A model generated the notes under the pieces. The model ran no database searches. It had not been told where the DNA came from and saw only the letters and a program-made list of their open reading frames with translations. Positions 14,623 through 42,260 of a stretch of 64,000 bases of DNA are shown here, piece after piece; positions within the stretch are counted from its first letter, which is position 1; each line of letters begins with the position of its first letter. A program made the translations under genes and the position numbers. This DNA is from Chrysomallon squamiferum (lineage: Eukaryota > Animalia > Mollusca), in NCBI GenBank assembly GCA_012295275.1, contig CM022668.1:14756001-14820000 (forward strand). The letters are read 5' to 3'.

Positions 14623-15714
14623 ATTCCGTTACTGACAATGAACTGCGGCTTGCTTTGATTGGAATTACTGGATCAGGAAAAAGTGCGTCAGCAAATACCA
14701 TCCTAGCAGAGAATGGTTTTTCTTCTAAACCTAGTCTTACATCCATTACTACAACCTGCAAAGTAGAACACAAAACTCGATTTGGTCGTGACATTGTCAT
14801 CGTTGATACACCAGGAGCATTCCAAACTAACCTTCGTTCACAAGGAGAGATTGCGAAAGAAATCATCCAGTGTATAACGATTAGTGCTCCAGGACCACAT
14901 GCTTTCATCATGGTTGTGTAGGTAAAGAGGTTTACTAAGGAAGAACAAAATACAATTGAATACTTCGAGCACGTTTTTGGAAAACCATTGTTTGATTACC
15001 TGTTCTTTGAAGAAGAAGGAAAAAATCTGGAAGATTTTCTATTTACTGAATCAAGAAATCAAAAAACATTAATCAATGCATGTGGACGGAGATATGCCGG
15101 TTTCAATAATCGCGAAAAAGATGAGAAAAAGAAAAAGAAATACAAAAGCTTGAAATTGAAATACTGACAGAAAAAGAAAAAGAAATACAAAGGGAGCGAG
15201 AAAACATTGAGAGAGAATTCAAGAAAGAAATGGAAAAAATCAGAAAAGAAGCGAAAAAACGCGAGGAGAAAATACTGAAATAAAAAAAGAAGAAATAGAA
15301 AACTCAAAGTGGAAATATTGAAAATGAAAGAAGAAGAAATGAGAAAACTCAAAATGGAAATATTGAAAAAGAAAGAAGAAATGAGAAAACACAAACAGGA
15401 AGTGTTGAAGGCGAAAGATAGAGAACGAAAAATGCAAATAATAGAAAAGAAGTTTCAGGAAGATTGTTTTATTAAAATGAAATGGAAATGTGCAGGAGAT
15501 GTTTGAGATTAGGGAAAAAATGATGCAGAGTGAAAGAGAAAAAGAAGCACAGAGAAAATTAGAAGAAATACTCAGAGCAAACCAAAAAGGGCATAGGAGA
15601 CAGTCGAGAAATGAATTTTAAAAAGAAGCAGAAACAAACGAATCTCTGCTGGATTCTGTTGGGAAAACTATTACAAAAACGGGTTCTGCACTCAGGTCTT
15701 TCTTTTTTGGATAA
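14623..15714 (+). pseudogene. GIMAP / AIG1-family GTPase with a coiled-coil tail, disrupted
   Basis: After acceptor ttaag/ it reads ELRLALIGITGSGKSASANTIL (G1), SITTTC (G2), IVIVDTPG (G3), ISAPGPHAFIMVV*VKRFTKEEQNTIEYFEHVFG, then CGRRYAGFNNR, an E/K-rich repetitive coiled coil and ...SALRSFFFG* (TAA 15712-15714), with AATAAA at 15746. Lesions: in-frame TAG at 14919-14921, apparent loss of the G4 (T-x-x-D) segment near 15005, and frameshifts in the tail. Confidence 0.88.
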
Positions 15715-16412
15715 ACATGCCTCAGTAAGATGTCTCAGGTAAAACAATAAAAGCAAAGGACTAACAACTGAACTGAATATTAACTTTGAAATGTTGTAAT
15801 GGACTGGTTTTATATTTGTCTAGAAAAACAGTTATTAGTTTAACAATAAAACTATATACATATATCCAAACACACACATACACACATACACACACTCATA
15901 CACACATAAACACATGTACGTACTGGAACTGAATTATTGATGTATTTTTCAAACAGAGGGCGTTCATTTCTATGTTACCAAAATCTGATTGATTTTTTCT
16001 AACAAAGGGCGTTTGTAGCTGTATATTTAAACAATGTTGTGTTTTATTTATATTCTCTATGGTCTGTATGAATATGTGTGTGCGGCTGTGTGTTTGTATT
16101 GGTCTAAGGTTCGTATGACATAAAATGATTGGTCTCTACTATCATAAAACAGCAAGTAGATATGAACAAAATTGAACTCAGTTCGGACTGTTCTCCAAAG
16201 AATTAATTTCTGATAGCCGCTTGGCGCCAAATACAGCACAGTACTCGTTGTTGCTTGAGATAAAGACTGGCAAGATACTGTGTCGTGTTAACCCACGGTA
16301 GGACCCTTAGCCTTCGAGCTTTTGGGGCACATCGACACGCCCCCAAACGCCCCTTCCAGCGAATTTTCTCTCCTTTTCTACAGTTTATTTATATACATAT
16401 ATTTATATGAAA

Positions 16413-16444
<32 letters not shown>

Positions 16445-17939
16445 ATGTATGTATGTATGTATGTATGTTTGTATGTATGTATGTATGTATGAATTAACAT
16501 TATGTTTGTATGTGCGTACGTATGTGTATATGTATGTATGTATGTATTTATGCTTGTATGTATATATTTAGTATTATGTTTATATGTATAGATATATGTA
16601 TAGACGTATGAATGTATGGATGTACGTATGTTTGTGTGAATGAATATAAAAATACAGACTATATATACGCATGTTTAAAGTAATTGATTTACATATTTCT
16701 GTCAGCAGCATTCTGAAGTGAAAAATTTTCCTACAGCAGTTTTCTGTTATGTTACAAAGGTTATTCAAGAATTGTTACGAAAGGCAGGAATTAGGTTAGA
16801 TAATAAATAATACATTTTCTAGTATCTGCTCTCGGTAAGAAACTGTATTTTCAGATTACAAAGAAATAAAATAATATAAAATAAAACAAGAAATAAAGAA
16901 AGAAAGAAAGAAAGAAAGAAAAACAAAGAAAAAGAAATAATAATAAAAACAACAACAATAACAATGATAATAATACCATAAATAAATCTATTGATAAATA
17001 AGTTAATACAAGAATAAATATGTATTACAGGTAATAAAAGTTAAAACAAGTTACTGTGTAAATAAACAAAGTAAATTATTTAGATAGAACAGATAATCAT
17101 CATCATCACCATTATCATCATCAATATCATCATCGTCGTCATCATCATCGTTGTTGTAATTATCGTAATCGTGGTGATTATCTCAGTCATTATCATTATC
17201 ATTTATTTTTAAGTGATATTTTTAAAAGCCTAGATCTGAATAATGCAGTAGAGTAATATCTGAAAATCTGCCTGTCAACCGGTGACAAAAACTTTGCGAT
17301 GGAATCATAAATATAATTTTGTAACTTTTCAACTGTGTTTCAAATAGATTAATAATAGATAATATAACGATATTGACAAGTAAATATATAAATAGCATTC
17401 ATCATCATCATTATATCGTCATCCTGTCATTGTAATCATCATCTTCCTATCATCATCATTGTCATCGCCGTCATCATCGTCATCATTATATAAAAATGTT
17501 TAAATGTGTAATATAGTACATTTAAAACAGCTGATTGAAAGGCAATTCGCAATTGCACTGAATATCGCTATAAAGAAAATAAAAATTAAATAAATATTCT
17601 AAAGAAACAACACATGCAAGCAATTAAACGAAGGTCACAAAAAAAACATTATTATTTACAATTCTTCGTTTCAAATCCATTATAGGATCATCAAAGGTTA
17701 TGTGCATAAAATGGAAGTGAAATCAATTTTTTTTCTGGATACAAGTATACTAAGGTAAATCTGAGTGTGTGAAATAAAGTATGTGATAAATATTGACTTA
17801 TATCTGTGATATAAAGTAATTGCTAATCTGAACATGATAGCTAGTGATTTCTATACTATTACAGCGATGTTTATGTGATAAACCGTGATAAATACTAATT
17901 CATACAATAATATTTCTTTGTGATATGTAGTGATTCGTA

Positions 17940-19105
17940 GTGATGATCCTGATAATTACTCATTTTGTACGAGATAATCTGATAATTACTAACTGAACGT
18001 GATAATCATGATAATTACTAATTTGTACGTGATAATCTGATAATTAGTAACTTGAACGTGATAATCTTCATAATTACTAATTTGTACATGATAATCTGAT
18101 AATTACTAACTTGAACGTGATAATCTTCATAATTACTCATTTGTACGAGATAATCTGATAATTAGTAACTTGAACGTGATAATCTTCATAATTACTAATT
18201 TGTACGTGATAATCTGATAATTACTAAATTGTACGTGATAATCTTAATGATTACTAATTTGTACGTCATGATCTGATAATTACTAACTTGTGATAATCGT
18301 GGTAAAATGCTCATATGTACATGGCAATCTGATAATAACTCATTTTGTACATGATAGTCCTAATAATTTCTACGTGAGAACTGTGATAATTACTAATTTG
18401 TACGTGATAATCCTTATAATTACTAATTAGTACGTGATAATCTAATAAATCCTAATTTCTACGTGGTAATCTAGATAATTACCCATTTGTACATCATAAT
18501 CTTGATAATTACTAGCATGTATGTGATAACTCTGATAATGACGAATTTGTACGTGATAATCCTTATAATTGCTAACTTGTACGTGATAATCTGATAATTA
18601 CTACTTTGTACGTGATAACTCTGATAATTACTAATTTGAACATGATAATCCTTATAATTGCTAACTTGTACGTGATAATCTGATAATTCCTAATTTGTAC
18701 CTGATAATCTTGATAATTATTAATTTGTACGTGATAATCTTGATAATTACTAATTTGTACGTGATAATCTTGATAATATCTAATTTGTACGTGGTAATCT
18801 TGATAATTACTAATTGATAACTGATAATGACGAATTTATACAAGATCATCATAGTATTGATAATTACTAATTTGTACTTGGTAATCTTGATGATTACTAA
18901 TTTGTACGTGATAATCGTGATAATTACTATTTTGTACGTGATAAATTTGGTAATTACTCACTTATACTTGGTAATCTTGATCACTACCAACTTGTACGTG
19001 ATAATACTGATAATTACTAAGTTGTACGTGGTAATCCTGGTGAATACCAATTTGTACGTTGTAAATAATAATTTGTATGTGATATGTTGTAATTTATACG
19101 TGGTA
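17940..19105. repeat. Minisatellite, ~29-31 bp unit GATAATTACTAATTTGTACGTGATAATCT(T)
   Basis: More than 30 diverged tandem copies immediately 3' of the chitin synthase stop. Confidence 0.92.
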
Positions 19106-19194
19106 AATACTGGTAACAATGTCAGTTTAGTTCATCGTACATATCAATTGCTGCTGTCACAACTTTGCTCTTTAATAGAAGGTGTCGACATTGG

Positions 19195-21845
19195 CTAAAC
19201 TTGAAGAGTTTCCAGATCTTGTTTCATTCTGTTCTGCAGGTGGCTCATTCCAAGAGAAACCGGTGTAGGGTGGACGTTGTCGTTGTCGTTCATGTGTACC
19301 TTCACGTTTTGGGACCTCTTCATTTACCAGCTTGTGTGGTAAATGACGTTTTTGTTCCTTCTTTGCCAGACTTCTCTTTTCTCATAGCTTCTTTAACGAC
19401 ATCAGCAAATGACTCAAGTTTGTTCGACTTCAGTTCTCCGGAAAGTTTCAGCCTGTTCACCGCTTCGTGCCATTTGTCCGCTGTCTTCAGAACGTCTTGC
19501 TTGTAACCCTTGTCAGCTTGGGACAGTTTGAGGATTGTGTGTATAGACTTTTTCGAATCCTCTGAATTTCGTCTGAATGTCTTCCTTTTTTCTTCTCTAC
19601 ATTTTCGTCTTTGATTTCGGTGGCAAGGCGATTGAAATTCTTCATGAAAGATTTGTTCAGCGTACGATGAATTTGTAGACCTTTCATCCTGCCTTGGAAT
19701 TTCGGCCAAAACTGATGTTTGCGGGCAGATTTGGGAGCGCATTCGGTATCGTCGTCCGAATAGTCGGGGGCTATGTCCTCATCGTAGTCTGGTGCTACTG
19801 ACATCGTCGTCGTAGTGGCGCTACTGACATGTCGTCGTCGTCACCGCGTATGGCCTGCATTTGCTGGACGAGCTCGATGGTTTCGTCCATTGTCAGTTTC
19901 TGTTCTTTGTTGCCAGTGATCGGCTTTCTCGTAGTTTTAATGCGGTGATTGCCGCAATGTGCAGAAAGGTGGAGAACCTGTGGAAAAGCATGGCGAGGAA
20001 TTGAAGAACGATCAGAATGCCAAAGACTAGTGTAAAAGACAACGCAATTGGCTGAACGTTTCAGGAGTAATTCCTCGGTGTCGCAAGGCATTTCGAAAGA
20101 TAAGCTCTTCGTTTGTTCAGCTATCGTCTCGAGGGCGAACAGTAAGATAATGAACAGAGCGTTTATTATAAAGAAAGCCAAACAAACGTTGTTTCTGAGT
20201 TCAATCAGATCTTTCTTTGTTCTCTTTTCTTTTTCCTTGTCGCCCTCTAGCGGGAAGAGGTAGGCTTGGATCAGGTCAGACCAGAACACGTTTTCGTCTG
20301 ACTGTTCATTCTGATGGATCCTTTTCCTAAATCCTCGTCATTAATCCATAAGGATTGTGTAGCTCATCCCGTGGCGCCTGTTTTTCACCTGTAACGTGGA
20401 TTATCTGTTAGGAATAGAAGAAACAAGATAATTTTTGTGTATGTATATATATATATATGTATGTATGTATGTATTCTGTATGCATGATATGTGTATGTAC
20501 ACACACATATGTATGTACATATGAATTATATATGAATGTATGTTTGTGTGCATGCGTGCCTTCATTATGTATGTATTTATATGTATATATGTATATATAT
20601 ATAAGCATCTATAACGATAGAAATGGCAGATATAGGTTGGTAGGTAGATGTTTAATTAGATAGCTAGGTACATTGATTGGTCATAATCTACATCTCGGAA
20701 ATCTATCTAAAAATATCCAGCATCTTAATAGATTGAAGAAAGCATATGAAAATTTCCAGCGGTAAACCGTCTGTCTATATTCATGAGTTCACAAAGCGTG
20801 AACTAAAACTCACCTCTTTTCACCGCCCTTCCAAACAGGTGGAACATTTTCAGAGAAATGCTGATTTTCTTCGGATCGTTGGCTTCCGCATCAACGTGGG
20901 AAGATCGCTATTTGAACGCATACCGTCCACCCGCTGGTGTACTCAGAAAGTTTGAAGTCGAGTTCATCCAGCCTTTGCAAGATGGCTTTGAACTTGAGAT
21001 CCTCATCCTTGACCTCTGACCGGGGACAGCAGAAGAAAGCGGAAGACGTTTCCGAACGAGAAAGCAAATCGGAAAACGTCTACTCACGTTGACCGGAACT
21101 GGCTACCGAACCGCTCTGAGAATGTTCCTGTGCGCAGGCTTCTTCGCCTGTTGAGCTTGTTGAGCGATTGTGGGGCGCTGTTGTTCACTTCCCGTGTTCC
21201 CTACGAGACGTTCTGGAGATTACTCCAGAGAGAATATCACTGTGAAGCATGACATGGGATGGAATGGCAAGAAGTAGAGAAAACCGAAGAGGAAAACCGA
21301 GATGATGCTGATGAACACGAAGATGCGCTAGTCAGGAGTCACAAGGAATATTGTGGATACGGAGCAGCCGCCGAAAGAATCTGTTTCCAGGACCGACCAG
21401 CACAATCACCATCACCAGTACAAGATGCAGAGAAAACCAGCGTAAGTGAGCTGAAAGAAAAATTAAAATTATATATACACCTGGGTCTGTCTCTGTGTGT
21501 GTATGTATGGCGGAGGTGTGGGAGTAATCTGACTGTCTAATATGCATGTTATTACAAAGATATCTCCCGCACAGCCCCTAAGGCAAAAACCAAACAGGGA
21601 CAAAACCTCATCCGGAAAATTCGGTCAAGGCGACATATCGCAAAAGGGGTCGTCCTACAAAGGTGTTGCTAAGGTGGATCGCCTGCCTCCTCCTGATTAC
21701 TACCCTACTACTACTACTATTACTACCACCACCACCACCACCACTGCCACTACTCACCACCACTACTATTACCATATGACCACCACCACACCCATCACCA
21801 CCACCACCACCACTTTCACAACGACTATGTGACTATGTTGTTGTT

Positions 21846-21876
<31 letters not shown>

Positions 21877-22190
21877 AAAAATAAGAAGACAAAATCACCC
21901 ACGTTGTTTTGATGTTGTGAAACACAACAGGACAAACAGAACGATCGGTACGATGTTGATGACGAACGATTACGTACATGGAAGTCTCCAGACGCCGCTG
22001 ATTGCGCCGACAATGCTGAAGATCGTGGCCGGCGTCACCACAGACGACGCTAGAAAAGAAAGAGCTAAAACATAAACATGATTGAAATGTCCCTGCTCTT
22101 GTTTGTTCCCTCCAGTTTTGAATCAGATCGAGAATGTTCGCCATGTCGATGAGTCCATCGTCTGGCTGGCTGAAGAATTCGAAGAATCCT
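19195..22190 (-). pseudogene. CHS: Chitin synthase, 3' portion (end of the GT2 catalytic domain, C-terminal TM region, cytosolic tail); frameshifted as assembled, so either a pseudogene or an unpolished contig end
   Basis: Approximate exons 21899-22190, 20814-21450 (tttcag/ ... AAAAGAG/gtgagt) and ~19195-20388 (ttacag/). Reading through indels gives GFFEFFSQ[RRRWTPST]MANILDLIQNW, NLQNVS*GTREV (the SWGTRE motif with TAG at 21201-21203), FWSDLIQAYLFPLEGDKEKEKRTKKDLIELRNNVCLAFFIINALFIILLFAL and VQPIALSFTLVFGILIVLQFLAMLFHRFSTFLHIAA, all hallmarks of metazoan chitin synthases. The likely stop is TAG at 19195-19197. The 5' part runs into the N gap. Confidence 0.88.
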
Positions 22191-22390
22191 NNNNNNNNNN
22201 NNNNNNNNNNNNNNNNNNNNNNNNNNNNNNNNNNNNNNNNNNNNNNNNNNNNNNNNNNNNNNNNNNNNNNNNNNNNNNNNNNNNNNNNNNNNNNNNNNNN
22301 NNNNNNNNNNNNNNNNNNNNNNNNNNNNNNNNNNNNNNNNNNNNNNNNNNNNNNNNNNNNNNNNNNNNNNNNNNNNNNNNNNNNNNNNNN
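22191..22390. other. Assembly gap (200 N)
   Basis: Exactly 200 N, followed by a (GA)n tract. The round number suggests a placeholder of unknown true size. Confidence 0.99.
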
Positions 22391-22423
<33 letters not shown>

Positions 22424-22694
22424 AGCTTCAATTCACTTGATTAAGATTTTGTGGTAGTAGGTAATAAATAAAAATGTTAAAAAGTTACAAACAATATCAA
22501 CACCGGTATAGAAAAAATTTAAGGTGGGATGTATACCGGTGTAGTCTCAAATTGTTTAGATGTTTATTAATTTGTGATATGGCCAGTGACATACAGCGAT
22601 GTGACGTGGCTAAGCCTAATGTAATGTGATTCTTTTTCTATAAATAAACCTCTGCAGTGTCGGATCTCAGATTTGAGAAGGCCCCTTTTATTTA

Positions 22695-22729
<35 letters not shown>

Positions 22730-23065
22730 ATTACTTAGTATTTTAACATTATTATTTTTTTAAAAGCTAATTATACCAAAGAAAATCCAAAATATAATAA
22801 GTTATTCCTGTTCTTGCATATATTATGGTCCATGTGAACCTTTTTTTAATGTTTTAGGAGTATCTTTTAATAACGTTATGGTATCCTTTTTCTCGCCCCA
22901 GCTTGCTGAATGTAGAAACACACTAACTATCTGACGCGATCATACTATTTTGTTACTAATAAATATGGTGTATATATAAGCTTAAATTTATTATTATTAT
23001 TTAAAGCAAATATATGACGATATTAAGGGAGATAATTCTAATTCTGATGAAGATCGTATGCAGCG

Positions 23066-37471
<14,406 letters not shown>

Positions 37472-37668
37472 ATGAGTACAATTAATTATTACTTGAGATA
37501 GTTCCACTGACAGAAGAACAGCTTAACGGATGAAGAGACAGTGGAAATAATAGAAAAGTGAAGTTCAGTGTTTAGAGAGGGAGACATTCATGTTGTTTAT
37601 CTTCTCTGTGTATTATTATTATTAGTTATTATTATTATTATTATTTTTTAATATTATTATTATTATTA

Positions 37669-37700
<32 letters not shown>

Positions 37701-37783
37701 TTTTTTAAATATTATTATTATTATTATTTTTATTATAATTATTATTATTATTATTATTTTTATTATAATTATTATTATTATTA

Positions 37784-37826
<43 letters not shown>

Positions 37827-39569
37827 TAGAATAGTCTTTATATTCTGTTGCCTTCCATTTATTTGTTTCCTTCATTTCATTATAACGTTTATTAATATTT
37901 TATTTTCCCTTGTATTTTCTTTCATTAAAATAATAATTTAAAAAATATTAGTGCTAGAATTACTTCTTTAAACTTAGTAAAAATATATTTCTCATAGAAA
38001 AATATTAATAAAAAAAATAAAAAAATAAAATATGTTTGTGCTAGGATGAATTAAAATTAATTTTGACAAACTTTTTAACGGAAATTTAAGTATTTTTTTC
38101 TTGTACTGTTTAGACTGCATGACATTTAATAACTGTTACATTTTTATATTTAAGTGTTTTCAATTCATTCTGTGGTATTGATGTTAATTGGTGTTCATTT
38201 ATGTCAAGGGTTCCCCATTCAGAGGTTTAATTTAAAATATGAAGGGTTTGCATTAATTTATTTTGGATTTGAACACACTTTATTTTTTTCAATAATAATA
38301 ATAATAAAAATAATAATAATAATAAGAAGAAGAAGAAGATGAATAATAATAATAATAAGAAGAAGAAGAATAATAATAATAATAATAAAGAAGAAGATGA
38401 ATAATAATAATAAAGTAATTATAATAACAATAATAACAGTGAATTAATAATAATATTAATAATAGTAAATGTAATAAAAAATAATAATAATGATAACCAT
38501 TTTAATAATAGGTGTGTTATATACTGGTACACAAATATCTTTTCATCATTAATTGTTCATAAATAAGTGATAAAAAAACTTTGTAATTTATTATCAATAT
38601 TGTTATTTTATATTGACCTAATTGATTCTCATATATATATATATATATATATATATTGTCTGAAATACAGTATCAGTATTTAAAGAATGTATATCACTTG
38701 AAAAATGTCTCAGAGATCTCTTTAAAACATTTATGTGCAAGTCATTTGTAAAAAATGTAAAAATTTCAAATATAATTGACTGGAATTATATATATTATTT
38801 TTATTATACTTGTAGTACAATAACTAGTAGAATACGTATAATAATGTATAACAACTTTATTTGATAATAAAATGAATATTTGTATATTTGATAGAATCAC
38901 TAGAATTATTGTTGTATTTTTGACAGCATTAGAATCATTGTATTTACTATATTGTAATAATTGTATTCAGTAATAAAATTAATGTATGTATATTTGAATT
39001 TTTCTTTATATTATACTTAATCGTCATTAACTAGTCATTAATCAGATGCAGGCTAGTCATTAACTGATACATAATTAACAAACTGAGGACTAACTGCAAT
39101 GAATGAAAGAATGAATATTTAATGGCACTCTAGCATGAAAAGCATATTTGTTATTGGGTGTCAAACCTAAGGTATAAACACAACAAAATAACGATTACTT
39201 TATAGGTAAAAATTAAAAGATTAATTTAAACACATTATAAAGAGCTGTGCAAAAAGTTAAAGTTTAATGAAATAAAGATTAATAGAAACATTTTGTAACT
39301 GAATTTTTTTTTTTTTCAAAAAGTTCTGGTGTGTTTTAAAAAAGAAGTATTAGAGAAATTCAAATAATATGAGTATATATATGTGTATGTATGTGTGTAA
39401 TTTTGTTTAATAATAATAAATATTTAGAATTGTTGTGGTAATATCATATGCCTTGCTTGTTAATGAAAATTAATGTGTTGATTTTATATTAAATATATAT
39501 ATATAGCTCTGATGTCTAATTATGAGGGTGTTAGATCAATAACAATATTATAATTGTCTAGTCATTAAC

Positions 39570-40090
39570 AAACAGGACTGTCTAATAATAAATTGAGGAC
39601 TGTCTAATAATACATTGAGTATTGTTTAATAATTAATAAATTGACGAATGTCTATTAAATTGAGGACTATCTAAACAATAAATTCAGAACTGTCTAATAA
39701 TAAATTGAGGACTGTTTATTAAATTGAGGACTGTCTAATAATTAATTGAGTACTGTAATAATAAATTGAGGACTCTAATTATTAATCTGAGGACTGTCTA
39801 ATCATTAATAAATCGAGGACTGTCTAATCATTAATAAATTGTTGACTGTCTAAACAATCAATTGAGGACTGTCTAATAATAAATTGAGTACTGTCTAATA
39901 TTGAATAAATTGGACTGTCTAGTAATAAACAGAGGACTGTCTAATCATTATTAAACAGGACTAATAATAAATTGAGTACTGTCTAATATTGAATAAATTG
40001 GACTGTCTAGTAATAAACAGGACTGTCTAATCATTATTAAACAGGACTAATAATAAATTGAGGACTGTCTAATGTTTAATAAATTGGGAT
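39570..40090. repeat. Minisatellite, ~22-26 bp unit TAATAATAAATTGAGGACTGTC
   Basis: About 20 diverged tandem copies downstream of the NSF stop. Confidence 0.88.
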
Positions 40091-40402
40091 TAATTAAGAA
40101 TTATTATTATTATTATTGTTTTAATTAATTAAGTACTATGTAAATCTAAACAGATCGTAGGATTATAATCATAGACGTGATTTATTTTATCTTTTTGTGC
40201 ATCATTCATTTATGAAAAAAAAATAGTTCATTATATAGTTTAGAATAATTCAGTTTCATTATGTTGTTAATTATGTGTTTGTATGTCAGAGTATTAATGA
40301 CTTAATTCTAAAATTCCAGTTATTGAGATGCATTATTTAATGGGTTTTTTTTTTCATCATCTGCAAATTATTACAATTGTAAATAGTTTAATTTCCATTA
40401 CT

Positions 40403-40433
<31 letters not shown>

Positions 40434-42206
40434 GATGTATTAATATTATTTCATTATTCTCTGTTGATTTATTATTCAAATGAAGTGCAATAACATTTAA
40501 GGTCAAAAGATAAAAGATGAACATCAATGCATGAAAAATTACATCATACAGTGTTAAAAAAAGAAAAGGTAAAGGGAGGCTACTCCAAAGAAACAGTTCA
40601 GTTGTATTGTCCACTGTTCATTCATTGACACATACAGAGTTGTCAGTTAAGTTGATATAAATGTGTAATCTACATACAGCATATTATAACAGCAGCTACT
40701 ACTGCTACCACTACAACTACACCCCCACACACACACATATATAATATATACACACAGATTACACACACGTACAGACATACAGGGATACACATGAGTGTTT
40801 TATTTATTTTTTATTTTTTATCATATATATATATATATAGATATATATATATGTAATCTTATTTTATTTTTTTTTTTTTTCAGTTAATATATTTCACAGA
40901 AAGCATTGCAGTAAAACAAAATAAAATCTGGCATTCTTTGAGTTGTTTTTTGTTTTTGTTTGCTTCATTTTCTAATTTTTCTCTGTCTGTCATACAATCT
41001 CTGAATTAATTATTGTTAAAATATAGCTTGGTGCATTGTGCTTTTAACTGTTTAGCACTGTAGGTTGGTGATAGGCTGTAGGCATTCAAAACCTATGCAA
41101 AATGTTTTCTTTCTTTATATTTTCTTTAGTAAATACAGATATACACAGTTAATAGGCATACTGACTCTCACAGCCTATTTTGTCATGTAACTATAGATAT
41201 TAAAATATAGGTTGTGGTAGGTTGTAGGCATACAGAACCTATGCAAGGTATTTTATGTAGATACACATCATTAATAGGTTGTGTATTTTGTCTTGTAACT
41301 GTATAAATAATAAAATAACAAAATCCTTTTCATGTTTATGTATGTCTCGATCATAAATGGATACAAATAAATTATTGGTTTTAGGCACCCACATCTGTAT
41401 CATTGTAACTTGTATTCTACAGGCATTAAAATACTGGCATTAAAGTTTAGGCAGTAACTTAGGTTGTAGGCATCAAAATCCGATCTAAAGTTTTAATAGT
41501 CATGTATGTCTACATCACAGGCTGGTGTGTGTCTAATAGATATATATATAAACAATAATTGTTTTACTGTATAAATTGTAGGTGTTAAAATATAGGCATG
41601 TATAGGTTGGTCATAGGTTGTAGGTATTCAGATGATTTACAACAGGAGATGATTGTAAACTGAAACTAAATGTTAGGTTGATGGGAATTTAAGGGTGAAG
41701 GTAGGATTTTATAAAATAACATTTATAAAATGTATCTAAATGTTTTTCTTCTTTTCTCTGTACAGAATGTGTGCAGGTTGGGTTCTTTTTTGTATTTAAT
41801 GTGTTAAAGTGGATATTGTTGGTAATTTACACACTTAGTATTTAATATATATATCACAGAATAAAAAATTTTCATAGTGTATTTGTCCAGTATCAATTAG
41901 ACATTTTTCAAAATTGTTATGAGATATAGCTGTAAAATAGTGGGCTTTTTTCTTATGTATAATATATAGAAAAAAAATGTGTTTTTATCTCTATTTTGTG
42001 TTAGGGTTCTTCTTACTTGTAATAATCATAAAAAAAAAAAAAAAAAAAATTTTTTTTTTTTTAAATCATAGTGTATTTGGAATACATCACTTGTGTGTTA
42101 GACATAGTTAATCCATGTATTGTGTAAATTGTGTTTTAGATCATAATTCTTCTTCTCATTGTATACTAGGGACCAGTTAATTTTTATACTTTTGTTGATA
42201 TAGATC

Positions 42207-42260
42207 AATAAAAAATTGTTGTAGTTTTGATGTGTTCTTTTTTATTTTTTTATTTTTGCT
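42207..42260 (+). terminator. Candidate distal polyadenylation signal of NSF
   Basis: AATAAA at 42207 followed by GT/T-rich ttgttgtagttttgatgtgttcttttt, coinciding with the end of the CpG-depleted domain. AATAAA is common in this DNA. Confidence 0.35.

Noticed and set aside
14919-14921. In-frame TAG in GIMAP (and 21201-21203 in CHS) as possible stop-codon recoding
   Set aside because: NSF terminates normally at TAG, and both genes carry additional frameshifts or deletions; decay or error is simpler.
17940-19105. Regular ~30-bp repeats superficially like a CRISPR array (also 39570-40090)
   Set aside because: Units are head-to-tail with no unique spacers, there are no cas genes, and the context is eukaryotic.
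19165-21540. Plus-strand ORFs 19165..19506, 20048..20263, 20746..20955 and 21259..21540
   Set aside because: Antisense shadows of the chitin synthase exons.
21542-21832. 96-aa ORF with PPPDYYP and poly-Thr, antisense within a chitin synthase intron
   Set aside because: Half of it is an (ACC/ACT)n microsatellite; no recognisable homology or splice support.
22655-22925. Possible MITE upstream of NSF (cagtgtcggatct ... tagaaacacacta)
   Set aside because: The right end is too degenerate and no TSD is identifiable.
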